Below, one piece after another: positions 17,777-28,244 of a stretch of 64,000 nucleotides of DNA; the stretch's first letter is position 1; the number at the start of each line of letters is the position of its first letter. The notes beneath the pieces are model-generated. The model ran no database searches. It had not been told where the DNA came from and was given only the letters and a program-made list of their open reading frames with translations. Origin of the DNA: a virus (lineage: Duplodnaviria > Caudoviricetes); the IMG/VR virus record IMGVR_UViG_2974799246_000001, positions 32,001 through 96,000 of that record; one strand, written 5' to 3'. The translations under genes were made by a program, and so were the position numbers.

Positions 17777-18852
17777 ACGCCCCTCCCAATAATAGACGCG
17801 AGTTGCACACGGAACGAAGGTACAGGCACTGCACCGAATGACGTATTGTACGTCGTGTCCAGCATGTTGATATCGAAGTTCGCCGCCTGTTTGATATCGT
17901 CAGTGATAGTCAAGTGCATCATCGCACAGTAACGACTCTGTACGGTAGTGACTGCCGCCGGCCAGTTGAAATACCAAGTCGCTGTTGGAGAGTAAGCAGC
18001 AGCGGCCTGCAGGTGCAACACTGTCATGTGCTTGTACTTGCCTAACGTGCGGGGCTTCTGATCTGTGTACGTTGCATAGAACTGCAAGCCGAACGGATAG
18101 TGCCCTGTAGTCGACCAAGGCCACGCAACAGCTTTGTTCACCAGTCTAAACTTCTGCGCTTTGACTTTCGTCGGCAGTTCGTAAGTAACAGCCGTGTTGT
18201 TGGTGGTGGTACGCAGGTTGTCATAGGTGTGTATAACATCAGTCCACGCACCGTTAACGAACGCTTGCACATAGGTCTGTTGAGTACCCATAACCATCTG
18301 ACCCGCAACGGCCGCACCCATCGAGTAGCCAACCAGAGCACCCAGCTCAATCTCCGCGCCGAAGTCATACTCCGCACACAGATACCAGCCTTCATCAGTC
18401 AAGTTATACTGAGGACTCAGGTTGTTCGCTACGTTCGACAGGAAGAAGTCTGTAGATGTAGTCATGCGATGCGCAAGCAGACACGCAGCAACCGCTTCCA
18501 GATACTGGTTAAGCGTAGCGACGAATCGAGGTTCGACGGCAGGCAGCTTAATCTTAGGAATAATGCGACGCTTAATAGTGAACGCACCGCCATATCCATT
18601 CGCAACACCATCCATTTCAATCCACGCAGGAAGAAAACGGCTCGTGTTGAACGAACTGATATCATAAGGCTGATACGACCAACGTGCCGGGTTAGTGCTC
18701 ATAGTAGTTCTTGCGAACAGGCGCATTGCGATAGCGTCATTGATTGCGCTATGCAGAGACTTCTCACCATTCGCTGGAGCGTCTGTATCGTACAGAAGGC
18801 CCAGACAGATGTTTGCAGAAGCACTCAGGGACTGCGTAGGATAGAGTTCCAT
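17773..18852 (-). CDS. putative virion protein, long member with discoidin-like insert
   Basis: AEYDFGA...WTDV...YELP..VKAQKFRLV...PRTLGK; start MELYP. Confidence 0.8.
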   Translation of the reverse strand: MELYPTQSLSASANICLGLLYDTDAPANGEKSLHSAINDAIAMRLFARTTMSTNPARWSYQPYDISSFNTSRFLPAWIEMDGVANGYGGAFTIKRRIIPKIKLPAVEPRFVATLNQYLEAVAACLLAHRMTTSTDFFLSNVANNLSPQYNLTDEGWYLCAEYDFGAEIELGALVGYSMGAAVAGQMVMGTQQTYVQAFVNGAWTDVIHTYDNLRTTTNNTAVTYELPTKVKAQKFRLVNKAVAWPWSTTGHYPFGLQFYATYTDQKPRTLGKYKHMTVLHLQAAAAYSPTATWYFNWPAAVTTVQSRYCAMMHLTITDDIKQAANFDINMLDTTYNTSFGAVPVPSFRVQLASIIGRGV

Positions 18853-18853
18853 A

Positions 18854-19432
18854 TTAGCTCCATGCAATGTTGTTGAGGCTGATGGTTCCGTTGAGAGTAA
18901 ACGTACCATCACCATTGTCCGTCAGCGGAGCGCCCATAGCAATCAGGTCCTGAGGCGTTAGCTCAATCACCGACGCAATAGTGACAGTAGCCGCAGCAAT
19001 GGCCGTCGCTGTAGTGCCAAGCAGAATATACATGCGGTTGAATGCTTTTGCATAGCTGAAACGACCGAGCAGATTCAGCGTATCAAACATACGCTTGCCA
19101 TTACCCAGATTGACGATACGAATATTACCTGTAGAGATTGGAGCAGCGTCCATCACACAACCAGGCAGGTTCGCAGTCAAATATGTGCGTAGCGTGTTCA
19201 GACTGAAAACAGCCAGTAGCTGGTTGTTCCAGATCGTGTCCGTGATGATATCGCCAGTGGAGAATACAACAGCAGCGGGGCGTTCGGTACTGATAGTTGT
19301 GCCCGCACCTTGAAGATTGCCAGCAGTAGCGGAAGCCATTGTGCTGGCCATCCACGGAAGCTCAACGCCCGGGTTAGTCGTAGAGCCAAGCGATTCACCA
19401 CGCATGTTGAGCATAGCTTTTGAGATATACAT
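18854..19432 (-). CDS. putative virion protein (divergent short member)
   Basis: MYISKA start like MRVSKA/MISNKG; VVFSTG motif. Confidence 0.7.
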   Translation of the reverse strand: MYISKAMLNMRGESLGSTTNPGVELPWMASTMASATAGNLQGAGTTISTERPAAVVFSTGDIITDTIWNNQLLAVFSLNTLRTYLTANLPGCVMDAAPISTGNIRIVNLGNGKRMFDTLNLLGRFSYAKAFNRMYILLGTTATAIAAATVTIASVIELTPQDLIAMGAPLTDNGDGTFTLNGTISLNNIAWS

Positions 19433-20337
19433 CAGTTGCTCCTCTGAGTGAAACGCAACTTAGGACAGTACATGATCGTCTTCTGTAGCGGGATGATATC
19501 GCCTACGATCTTGAATGGTCCCTGAGAACCCACAGCGTCCGCACAGTACATGATCTCATCAGAGTAATCAGTATCACCGTGAGTCAGCGTGTTGCAGTGA
19601 GCAAGTGCCGCCCATGTAGGAACAGTTGCCGGGCTGGACGAGGGCACATCGACAGAGGACAGCAAGATACGCATCATACTACCAACAGTAGTGCTGGTGG
19701 ACTTGAAACGATACTTCTTGGACGCTCTCGGCGAAGACAGAGCCAACACAGTTGCATCACCAGTAATAGCGGTTGCAGTGCCTAACGTAGTTTCAGTCAG
19801 GCCGTCATCAGACAACGCGACTAACTGGAATCCATCAGACACGGTGCCATTGAACTTCAAGTGTGTTACTGTCACTGGGTTGTCGAACTCAACGTCAATG
19901 CTCTGGCCGCCAAATCGTGCGGCAGGAACCAGCATACTACCAGAGCCTACAACTAACCCGATGCTACGATCAGTGAAGCCTGAACGAGTAATACGATGAG
20001 GCAGAAGCTGATAAACCACAGTATTAGCGCTGCCAACGGTCCCATAGTATGATGCCCCTTTAGGAATATACTGAGACTGTAGGGCAAGAGTGAGGACGTT
20101 CCCTGATTCAACTCCAGTGACTGGGTTGCGGATCATACCAATAGAGGTATTATACATGTCCGCGAGTGACTTGTTATTGAAGGCGGCATCAAAGCCTTCT
20201 TTCGACGTAGGCAGTTTGCCACTGAATGCGAAGATGTTCCAGCCGGCACCGACATTCGGGTCGTTTACCAGTGCTGCGGTATTCGCGTTAGTGCCCATCA
20301 TTGCCTGCGCCATGATGCGGTTATTAATAATCTTCAT
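19432..20337 (-). CDS. putative virion protein, long member
   Basis: AFSGKLP / VPTW / AVGSQG; central VEFDNPVTV...KYRF. Confidence 0.75.
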   Translation of the reverse strand: MKIINNRIMAQAMMGTNANTAALVNDPNVGAGWNIFAFSGKLPTSKEGFDAAFNNKSLADMYNTSIGMIRNPVTGVESGNVLTLALQSQYIPKGASYYGTVGSANTVVYQLLPHRITRSGFTDRSIGLVVGSGSMLVPAARFGGQSIDVEFDNPVTVTHLKFNGTVSDGFQLVALSDDGLTETTLGTATAITGDATVLALSSPRASKKYRFKSTSTTVGSMMRILLSSVDVPSSSPATVPTWAALAHCNTLTHGDTDYSDEIMYCADAVGSQGPFKIVGDIIPLQKTIMYCPKLRFTQRSN

Positions 20338-20792
20338 TAGCTCACCACCGGCACAGCAGATTTGTTGTTCGCTTTAGTGTCAGACAGGTCAAGCGCTCCA
20401 ACAGTTACACGGAAGACGATGTTATCAAACAGCGGGTCAATCGACTGCGTTGTAGTGAACTGACCGCTAACGAGAGGCACGTCGGTACGAGGTGCAGCCA
20501 GGCTAGACGTGAAGCTACGCGCCATAAACTTACTGACTACCTGACCAACAACGAGGCCCACCAGCGCGATTTGATCGATGCTTGAAATTTGAGTGCGTTG
20601 AATCCAGGACAAGCGGCCTTGCGAGTATGCGACTTGCGCAACGTCTGCAATCTGCTTGGCATTGATAGCCGAGACAGATTCGTTTGTCACACGCTTCTGG
20701 GGCTGCGAGTCAGAACTAACTTCAATCTGAGACATAACGAACACGAAGTCCGCAAACATGTCCGGGTCATACGTTACGACTGGTACGAACAT
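20337..20792 (-). CDS. putative virion protein
   Basis: 151-aa ORF coupled within the structural operon. Confidence 0.7.
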   Translation of the reverse strand: MFVPVVTYDPDMFADFVFVMSQIEVSSDSQPQKRVTNESVSAINAKQIADVAQVAYSQGRLSWIQRTQISSIDQIALVGLVVGQVVSKFMARSFTSSLAAPRTDVPLVSGQFTTTQSIDPLFDNIVFRVTVGALDLSDTKANNKSAVPVVS

Positions 20793-20794
20793 GG

Positions 20795-21886
20795 TTAGGC
20801 TCCTTGGCGGATCGCGTAGTTGTTGATGATAGGAGTGTAAGCAGCATTCGCACCAGCACCGTAACCACCAGCTACCTGAGCAGATACAGCAACAGGTTTG
20901 AGAACAGCATACGTGAATGTATCTACAACGGTACCGTCAATAGACACCTTGTGCGTAGACGTCGAGGCATCGTACTCATATTTAATGTGTACGGTATTGC
21001 CTGACCACAGTGCTGCGTAAGGCGAGATAGGTCGCGTTATTTTTGCTGCGGCAGTACCGCCACCAACGTTGTTCCAGATGAGTAGACCTTTCTCGTTAGA
21101 ACGGTCAAACGCTATGGTGAAACGGTCAGTCAGAGATGCGCCAGTACGGAACAAACACCATTCCGCATAGTCCGCATTACCTGACTGGTGATAGTCACAC
21201 TCAATAGTGAATGACTTGCTAGGGTCAAACGTAGGTACAGACGCCATACTGATTAAGCCAGTAGTGCCTAAGTCAACTCCAGAACCATCCGCAGCAAACT
21301 TCAAGTTACCGCTGGTGGTAGCCGCATTTCCTACGAGGTCTGTGAATGCGCCGGTATTGAAAACACCGATACCGTATGCGATCTTCTCATTGCCTGTAAG
21401 CCACGTAGCAACTGAGTTCTCTGTCCACATTTGAGTCAGGCCGATAGTGAATGCGTTGATCGTTACCTGAGTCTTATATCCATTCGGATCATAGCGGACA
21501 ACAAGGTCAGGGTAGAGCAGCGTAACGTCTGGCCCAACTTGTAAGCACACAGGCAAGATGCCGCCGAGAATAAGGTGAGTAGGAACACCTTCGGCAGTAG
21601 CAGTCAACTGGCAATCAGAGATAGACAGCTTGGTACGATCAATAGTACGGACGCAGTTAGTGCCTTTCGCCAGCACGGTGCAGATACCGCTAGACGCAGC
21701 AAGAGCGGCATCGAACATGTAACCCGCACCAGTCTGAGGCTGATAATTAAGGCACTTGTTCAGATCAGCCTCAACGAATCCGCTATTCAGTTTCACCAGA
21801 TAGCAGGACTTATCGTCTGCCGTTGCCTGAGCGAATAGACGCGTCAACTGAGGCACGACAGAGTTTGCAAATAACTTGTAGTTCAT
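20795..21886 (-). CDS. putative virion protein with C-terminal LamG/ConA-like lectin domain
   Basis: GVPTH family motif; FTIECD...HIKYEYD....KVSIDG pattern. Confidence 0.7.
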   Translation of the reverse strand: MNYKLFANSVVPQLTRLFAQATADDKSCYLVKLNSGFVEADLNKCLNYQPQTGAGYMFDAALAASSGICTVLAKGTNCVRTIDRTKLSISDCQLTATAEGVPTHLILGGILPVCLQVGPDVTLLYPDLVVRYDPNGYKTQVTINAFTIGLTQMWTENSVATWLTGNEKIAYGIGVFNTGAFTDLVGNAATTSGNLKFAADGSGVDLGTTGLISMASVPTFDPSKSFTIECDYHQSGNADYAEWCLFRTGASLTDRFTIAFDRSNEKGLLIWNNVGGGTAAAKITRPISPYAALWSGNTVHIKYEYDASTSTHKVSIDGTVVDTFTYAVLKPVAVSAQVAGGYGAGANAAYTPIINNYAIRQGA

Positions 21887-21887
21887 G

Positions 21888-22844
21888 TTATACCTCGGTG
21901 GACAGACGAAGCTGGGCGACAGAAGCGAACTCACCAGGACCGAGAGCCGTAGCTAACAGTTCGATTGGCTTGCCGCTACCGATAGCCCCTACTTCACAGG
22001 CGAAGTAAGTTGGCACATAGTTGCCGTTTGCCAGAGCACCGTAGTTGGTGTCCTGAATGACAACGATTGCACTGCGCATTGTTTTGTATGCTGCGTTTCT
22101 GCCTACGTCGGATGCAGTTACAGGAAGCACTCGGCGCGTACCAGAAGTTTGAATGAAACGGAAGCGCTTAGACGACTCGGTAGGAGTGGCCAGCACGTTA
22201 CCTTCTTGGTTAGCAGCAAGAGTCCATGCGCGAGCAGTACCCACGACACCAGCACCGTCAATAGGAGCAACAGTACCTGCCGCAGCAGAAGTCATATCAC
22301 CAACGTCAGACAGCACAGCGTCGATGGTGACTTCGTAGTCAAATGTCAGGTCAGTAGTTGACAGATGAATACCCGGCATGAGCGCATCGTGAGGAATGCC
22401 TGCATAGTCCCACGGTCTGTAACCAGCAGCACCGATACCCCACAGCGCTTTGTTGCCTGCGTCATTACTGGTGTTATACGCTGTCTGAATCTGAACCGAA
22501 GCAGCACCGTTATAACCAACAGGAGTTGCCTTAGACGGATAGTGAACAGTCGCGCCGTTCTTAATCTCATACACATGACCAGAACGTGCTTTCCACCCTT
22601 CTTGACGATCCATAAGAGGCAGCAGACCTTCGGTGGTTGGCCACAAAGTCAAACGAGTAACCGCAACAGCATTGTCGAACAGTTTTCTCATGTCCAGCAG
22701 ATGCTGGGAGAAGTCGCCTTGATCAGCAATCGCTGTGTCAAAGAAGAACACGTTAACAGTCTGACCGTTTGCTACGTTCGATGCCCAACCAGAGCCTTGG
22801 CTGAGTACACTGAACGGCAGTAAGTTGTGTCCTAAGATACGCAT
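21888..22844 (-). CDS. putative virion protein, long member
   Basis: VFFFD near N-terminus; CEVGAIGSG near C-terminus; SKRFRF. Confidence 0.75.
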   Translation of the reverse strand: MRILGHNLLPFSVLSQGSGWASNVANGQTVNVFFFDTAIADQGDFSQHLLDMRKLFDNAVAVTRLTLWPTTEGLLPLMDRQEGWKARSGHVYEIKNGATVHYPSKATPVGYNGAASVQIQTAYNTSNDAGNKALWGIGAAGYRPWDYAGIPHDALMPGIHLSTTDLTFDYEVTIDAVLSDVGDMTSAAAGTVAPIDGAGVVGTARAWTLAANQEGNVLATPTESSKRFRFIQTSGTRRVLPVTASDVGRNAAYKTMRSAIVVIQDTNYGALANGNYVPTYFACEVGAIGSGKPIELLATALGPGEFASVAQLRLSTEV

Positions 22845-23341
22845 TAGAACTCCTTAGAATCTTTGACAACGGTAGCGAGGAACTTACCGTTACGCAGGTT
22901 AGCTGAGGTCAGAATCAAATCTGCACCAGAGCCAGCAGCGCCGATAGTTAGAATCAGGAAGCCGCCGTACGGAGTGCTTGCGATATCTTTGTTGAAGACA
23001 ATCACGTTGTACGTGCTCAACAGAGTTGTTATATCACCTGCAAAAGTACCCTGCAGCGTAGCAGACAGACGGAACTTGTACTTGTTATCTTGACCATGAA
23101 TCCAACGCACAGGGTTTGTGCTAACTGAGGTCAAGTCGAGGACAGCAGTTGCACCAATAGCAGTCTGAACTGTAGTACCGTCAGCAACGACGATGTTTGC
23201 AGGGTCAGGTACTTTGGCCAAACAGATTGTCTTCTGCATGTTAGACAGGCCGTACTTCAATGGCGGATCAGAAGCAGGACGTTTTCCCGCATCTGGAATC
23301 GTAATGCCATTGGCAACCAACGGGAAAGAAACTATTTCCAT
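22844..23341 (-). CDS. putative virion protein, short member
   Basis: LTIGAAGSGADLIL C-terminal motif; TAATTT 28 nt upstream. Confidence 0.75.
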   Translation of the reverse strand: MEIVSFPLVANGITIPDAGKRPASDPPLKYGLSNMQKTICLAKVPDPANIVVADGTTVQTAIGATAVLDLTSVSTNPVRWIHGQDNKYKFRLSATLQGTFAGDITTLLSTYNVIVFNKDIASTPYGGFLILTIGAAGSGADLILTSANLRNGKFLATVVKDSKEF

Positions 23342-23400
23342 TATGATATCTCCAGGTTGTTTCGAGAATAAATTACTGACAACAAAGGTTCACGTAGGAC

Positions 23401-24450
23401 TCAACAGCGAACGGTGCGACCTATTGTCAGAGGTGTGTAGTCTCGCAGCGTAGCGACAGGCTTCTCGTTTGGCAGGATGGCTGATGCTACATCGAAGTCA
23501 ATACCAGCTCGCGCAGTCAACACATAGACAGGTGCACCGTAAGCAAACGCTATTGGCATTGCACCCCACGTGATTGAATACGCAGGCGTATCGGCATGAG
23601 TGCCTTGACCATAATAGAAAAGACTTGAAGCAGCAACACTGGCCTGAGCACCGGCATAATACGAAGTGCTATAAGTCCATCCGCCACCAGAGAAATAGTT
23701 CGTGCCATTGACGACAGACCTATATGGCTGGAACAATCGCGGACCACGAGCGAAGTTATACGCAGTGTGATCGTACGGTTGATTGGCTGTTATGTACGGC
23801 ATACTCTGCGAAGACGAAACTAAAAGAGCAGTGTCCGCTTCTCTGTTCACGCCATTGAAACCGATGTGCTGCAAATACGAAGTGGTATTACGCGACCAGT
23901 AGCCTATGCCACTACCGCCTCCTCCGTATATGGTACCAGACTCGGATAGCGCTGGGTTTGCGCTAGATGCAGGCGTTGAGTAGAGTGAGACACTGTATGA
24001 GGTGTTGTCGAAAGAAGGCAACACCATGTCGGAGTATGCAGGGACAGTTGGCGTGCCATTACCGTAAGTGTCAAGCAAACTACCAGAACCATTAAGTGCA
24101 CCGCCACCCGTGTCATCTTTGCCTATAGCGTAGTATCGACAAAAGGCATTGAATGCAGTCAGGTTGCGCTGCTGGTTGGTGTAGTTGAAATCAGATTCCT
24201 TACGAACACCAGGCACATAGTTATAGAACAACTTGTTTCCTGACCAACCGGCGCCACGTACACACTGCATGTTGTTGTCTACATCGACGGCAGCACAAAA
24301 AGAAAGTGACGTGTTTATCTTATCCCACATATCAATGAAGGATGATTTGTCAGTGGGCCGAGAAGTATCGTCCGAAAATAAAAACATACGCTTACGTGCA
24401 AATTCTATCTTCTTCTCCAGCAGTTGTGCTCCGTTCGAAACGAATAGCAT
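23401..24450 (-). CDS. putative virion/receptor-binding protein (divergent paralog)
   Basis: MLFV...MFLFSD start; G/S/Y/N-rich beta composition. Confidence 0.75.
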   Translation of the reverse strand: MLFVSNGAQLLEKKIEFARKRMFLFSDDTSRPTDKSSFIDMWDKINTSLSFCAAVDVDNNMQCVRGAGWSGNKLFYNYVPGVRKESDFNYTNQQRNLTAFNAFCRYYAIGKDDTGGGALNGSGSLLDTYGNGTPTVPAYSDMVLPSFDNTSYSVSLYSTPASSANPALSESGTIYGGGGSGIGYWSRNTTSYLQHIGFNGVNREADTALLVSSSQSMPYITANQPYDHTAYNFARGPRLFQPYRSVVNGTNYFSGGGWTYSTSYYAGAQASVAASSLFYYGQGTHADTPAYSITWGAMPIAFAYGAPVYVLTARAGIDFDVASAILPNEKPVATLRDYTPLTIGRTVRC

Positions 24451-24458
24451 AATCGCCT

Positions 24459-25409
24459 CTATAGCTTGATACTGTCTGTCTTATACAGAACGGGTAATTC
24501 AGGTAACGTAACAGAGAACGTATTCCCTACGTTTGTGTTACGCGAGGTGAAGTCTTCTGGGCCATACTTAACAACACGGACGCGAGTTCCTTCGTTGATG
24601 AATACGGCGAATTTGTCTAACGTGATTGTACCTTCTGCAAGCGCACTCGAACCATATGCCTGGGAACAAGGGGTATACCGTCCGCTATCATAGGCATTAC
24701 GACGAGCAGGAACCGTAGCGCGCCAGTAACCACCATCAGACACTTGAGCAGTGTACGCTCCCATAGAGAAAGCCATAGCGCCAGTCACGCTGGAATTCCA
24801 GTTGGAGTAGTTAGTGCCCGTGAATGTATACGACCAACTATGCGGATATATGCGAATCTCTTGCATACCAGAGGCAGTATATACTCGACGACGATGACTG
24901 TATGAGTCACCTGTCTGCCTAGCTGCTGTCGATACAGTTACTTGCGTGTCAGGGAACGATACCTGATTGGCGGTTGGACCTGCCTGCTGTCCTATCTTAG
25001 TAGGAATCAAACAGAAAGGCGTAGCCCACCACGTATCAGTATTTCCCGGAAAAGGCGTACTGCCCGAGAAGTTATCGTTCATTGTCATTTGACTGCTCTT
25101 GCGGCCAGACCCATCTTTCAGTCCGGTCACAAGTAACGTTCGGAAGATGCCGTCATCGGATGTAAAGTCCGGCGCCTCCGATATCATGGTCAATTTGGAG
25201 TAATAGACTCTTGCCTGAGTGCCATAAGCAGCGATGCCCATAACAGGATGGGCACCAAAGCTGTTACCGCTCTGAGAGGCAATTGAGCATCGACTATTTC
25301 GTATCAGATCTCGTAGCTCACTCACTGAACTGAAATCTATAGTCTGACCTGAGTCGAAAAAGAATCCGTACTTGCGCACATCATCCTGTTTAGGAAGTAC
25401 GAGTTGCAT
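24459..25409 (-). CDS. putative virion/receptor-binding protein (divergent paralog)
   Basis: GFFFDS near N-terminus; same composition. Confidence 0.75.
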   Translation of the reverse strand: MQLVLPKQDDVRKYGFFFDSGQTIDFSSVSELRDLIRNSRCSIASQSGNSFGAHPVMGIAAYGTQARVYYSKLTMISEAPDFTSDDGIFRTLLVTGLKDGSGRKSSQMTMNDNFSGSTPFPGNTDTWWATPFCLIPTKIGQQAGPTANQVSFPDTQVTVSTAARQTGDSYSHRRRVYTASGMQEIRIYPHSWSYTFTGTNYSNWNSSVTGAMAFSMGAYTAQVSDGGYWRATVPARRNAYDSGRYTPCSQAYGSSALAEGTITLDKFAVFINEGTRVRVVKYGPEDFTSRNTNVGNTFSVTLPELPVLYKTDSIKL

Positions 25410-25418
25410 AGCCTTTCC

Positions 25419-26471
25419 TTACATCTGGGTGAGAGATTTGTCGGGGAAGAATTGCGTGTTAACCAAAGACAAAGTGGCTGTTGCAGCTACAGGTATTGCA
25501 GCACTTTGCGACATATCTTTGTCTTGGCCGATAGCACAACGCATTAGGTATTTCAGGCCGTTGACTTGAAACGCCATCATACAGGCAGTCAGAACCGCAT
25601 CTGCTGTGTTCGCTTTGCCTGAGATAGGAACTCTCGGCGGGAACGCGTCAGGACTTGTGCGATCATATCCTGATACACCATTGCCGTTTTGCGGGGTACT
25701 GGTGCTACTAAACTGATTTAATCCGTTGGCCGAATATGTCATGCCCACTGTACGCACAAATGCAATGTGGTCTATTGCTGCATACGAGTTATGTAGCGGC
25801 GCAGTCTGCATAGGCGTGGTCGTCTGGCTTATGTATGAATATCCGTAAGGACCTGATTCATTCCACGAGACAAGACTTAGCGTGGCGGTGTTGAAGCCTG
25901 CATCGTACCCGCTATACGTTCCCCAGAAAGGGTCAGTGTTACGCGCATACTGGTTACCTACTTTAGAGCTATAAGTTTGCAGATGCGTATTAACGTTACG
26001 CATACCCTCAGGGAAGATGAGCATACAGTTAGACGGCCAGTAATACGATTCAGAACTATCAGCAGACCTACCAAAACGCCCATCGAACACAGGCATGCCC
26101 GCAGACCATTGATATCCAGGAGTGTCTGCATCGTACACAGTAAAGTAACGAGCAAGAATAGCATCGGGAGTTTGTGCGGCACTGTAGGCAGCATACCCTC
26201 CAGACACAGCACTATTGTTTACGAGGCGAGCACTTCGCGCAGGATAGAAGAAGTTGTCTTTGATGCCACTCATAGGGCTTAACGTGACTTCGCTTCCTAC
26301 ACCAGACGCCGAGTTGCCCCAAGCGCGAGCACCTTTAATCTTCGACAGATAACTGGACACGCTGACATGGGCATCAGAGATATCTGTCTGACTATCGAAA
26401 TAGAGCGCTCGGTGTGCAGCCAACAGCGCAACCTTGTTGGCCTTTATTGGATGAGATGTTGCAAATAACAT
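25419..26471 (-). CDS. putative virion/receptor-binding protein (divergent paralog)
   Basis: ALYFDS...RAWG....SGIKDN shared with 26483. Confidence 0.75.
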   Translation of the reverse strand: MLFATSHPIKANKVALLAAHRALYFDSQTDISDAHVSVSSYLSKIKGARAWGNSASGVGSEVTLSPMSGIKDNFFYPARSARLVNNSAVSGGYAAYSAAQTPDAILARYFTVYDADTPGYQWSAGMPVFDGRFGRSADSSESYYWPSNCMLIFPEGMRNVNTHLQTYSSKVGNQYARNTDPFWGTYSGYDAGFNTATLSLVSWNESGPYGYSYISQTTTPMQTAPLHNSYAAIDHIAFVRTVGMTYSANGLNQFSSTSTPQNGNGVSGYDRTSPDAFPPRVPISGKANTADAVLTACMMAFQVNGLKYLMRCAIGQDKDMSQSAAIPVAATATLSLVNTQFFPDKSLTQM

Positions 26472-26482
26472 AGGGCCTCTCC

Positions 26483-27577
26483 CTATAATAAATATGTGGC
26501 CGCAGCATTTGCGTAGGCAACAACGTCAACAGAGAAATTCAAAGAGGCCATCTCTGCTATGTTGGTTCCTGTCTGTCTTGCATCGTCCGCTTCACCATCC
26601 CCAATAGAAAGAACAATCAGTCCTTTGTCTAACGGGTATTCATACGCAATCGCACCAAACGACAATACACAAGGAGGGCTATCGTTTGCTGCAACGTTTA
26701 ACGGTACATACAAGGGTTCAGCCAGACCGCAGTTTGGGAAGTCTGTCAGTGTAGGCGAGTAAGAGAAGCGGGTGTAGCCTCCACCTATAGGCCAGCTTTG
26801 CGTTTCTTCCTCAATCGCAATGAACATGATGCAAGGGGCATTCGCCGCATACATAGATGGACTCACTACAGGCAGTGTGTTGCCTTGACCGTATTGCTTC
26901 GACGTATCGGTAGTGGTCAGGTTTGTTTGCGTCTGCAACGTGTTAGTCTGCGTAAGATATGCAGCACTTGACCAATACAATGTATACTGATAGTTCCATC
27001 CTAGCCACGAGTTTGACTCGGACTTGGTGATGCTTATCGTCTGGCCTTTGAATGTCAAGTTGGCTCGAATGCCGCCGGTGGCTGCCACGCGCATCGAAGC
27101 AACTATAGTCTCAGGAACAAAGTACATTCGGTTGCTGATCAGACCTGACGCAGGATCATACGTTTTGCCTGCACCAGCACCCAAGAAGTTAGTCTTCAAG
27201 TCACTCATGCTTCCTTTGGCTGTAACGGGAGTCACAGTCACATAGCGATAGGCCTGTGTATCAACTGTCTGACCGTCAGACGTAGCTCCATAGTAGTACC
27301 AGTCCTTGTTGCCTCCATTCGAATTGAATCCCAACATGTCCGCCGTGTGTGCGACATAGTGCTTGTTGTTCTTAACGCCAGACAGTGCGGTTGTCTTTCC
27401 ATTAGAGCCTGAGATCCCCCATGAAGCACCACGGCAGTATGGAATACTCTTTAGCAGGTTAGCACGAGATTGCTTTACGGTTGCTTTGTCTACTGACGAA
27501 TCAAAGAGAAACAGTGCAGACAACGCGTCCTTGCGTATCTTATTAACCTTAACAGCTCCGACAGAATGAAACTGCAT
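26483..27577 (-). CDS. putative virion/receptor-binding protein (divergent paralog)
   Basis: LFLFDS...ASWG....SGVKNN; LSIGDG.ADDA near C-terminus. Confidence 0.75.
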   Translation of the reverse strand: MQFHSVGAVKVNKIRKDALSALFLFDSSVDKATVKQSRANLLKSIPYCRGASWGISGSNGKTTALSGVKNNKHYVAHTADMLGFNSNGGNKDWYYYGATSDGQTVDTQAYRYVTVTPVTAKGSMSDLKTNFLGAGAGKTYDPASGLISNRMYFVPETIVASMRVAATGGIRANLTFKGQTISITKSESNSWLGWNYQYTLYWSSAAYLTQTNTLQTQTNLTTTDTSKQYGQGNTLPVVSPSMYAANAPCIMFIAIEEETQSWPIGGGYTRFSYSPTLTDFPNCGLAEPLYVPLNVAANDSPPCVLSFGAIAYEYPLDKGLIVLSIGDGEADDARQTGTNIAEMASLNFSVDVVAYANAAATYLL

Positions 27578-27613
27578 ACACGTACCTTTATGTCAAAATT
27601 TTCGATATAAGGT

Positions 27614-27645
27614 AAAAAGGGCCCGTACCATTACGATACAGGCCA
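27614..27645 (-). terminator. intrinsic terminator
   Basis: Minus strand GGCCTGTATC-GTAAT-GGTACGGGCC then CTTTTT. Confidence 0.7.
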
Positions 27646-27651
27646 TTTCTG

Positions 27652-28233
27652 TTACACCAGCAGACGACCTGCGATGGTAATAGCAACGCCGTTGAGCGTA
27701 GTGTCGGCAGTGTCTGGTGCAATGACACGCAACTGGTCACCAGATACAAGAATGATCTCTTGATCTTGATACGCAACCAGAGGAGCAAACACGCCTGTCT
27801 TCGACCCAGCAGCGAACGACACTGTACCAAGCTGAATAACAGTCTGGGTAGCAGAATCATACGCACTGATTTTGAAAACAGATGCAGCAGTGGCCGCAAT
27901 GTCCGCAGCAGCCATAGAGCCAGCAAAGTTTTTAACGATTGCAGTTGTGCGAACAGACAGGTAACGTGCAATCTCCTGACCACCAGCATAACGCTTGAGG
28001 ACAGACAGACCTACGTCATATGGATTTACAGACTGTAACTGATTAACCCACTTGTTACGTACCTGACTGAACACGTACAGGCCAGGCTGGTTCTGACCCG
28101 ATACAGCAGTCAGGTTCCACACACGCCCGTTAGTAGGAGATGAGGGGAAGGTAGGTCCGGAGGAATTTGGATCGCCTGGTGCACGAACGATTTGAGCCTG
28201 CTCACCTGCGAGCTGTAGACCATAAGTTAACAT
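27652..28233 (-). CDS. putative virion structural protein
   Basis: 193-aa ORF, FPSSPTNG..W fibre-type motif, GGAG RBS. Confidence 0.75.
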   Translation of the reverse strand: MLTYGLQLAGEQAQIVRAPGDPNSSGPTFPSSPTNGRVWNLTAVSGQNQPGLYVFSQVRNKWVNQLQSVNPYDVGLSVLKRYAGGQEIARYLSVRTTAIVKNFAGSMAAADIAATAASVFKISAYDSATQTVIQLGTVSFAAGSKTGVFAPLVAYQDQEIILVSGDQLRVIAPDTADTTLNGVAITIAGRLLV

Positions 28234-28244
28234 TGTTTCTCTCC

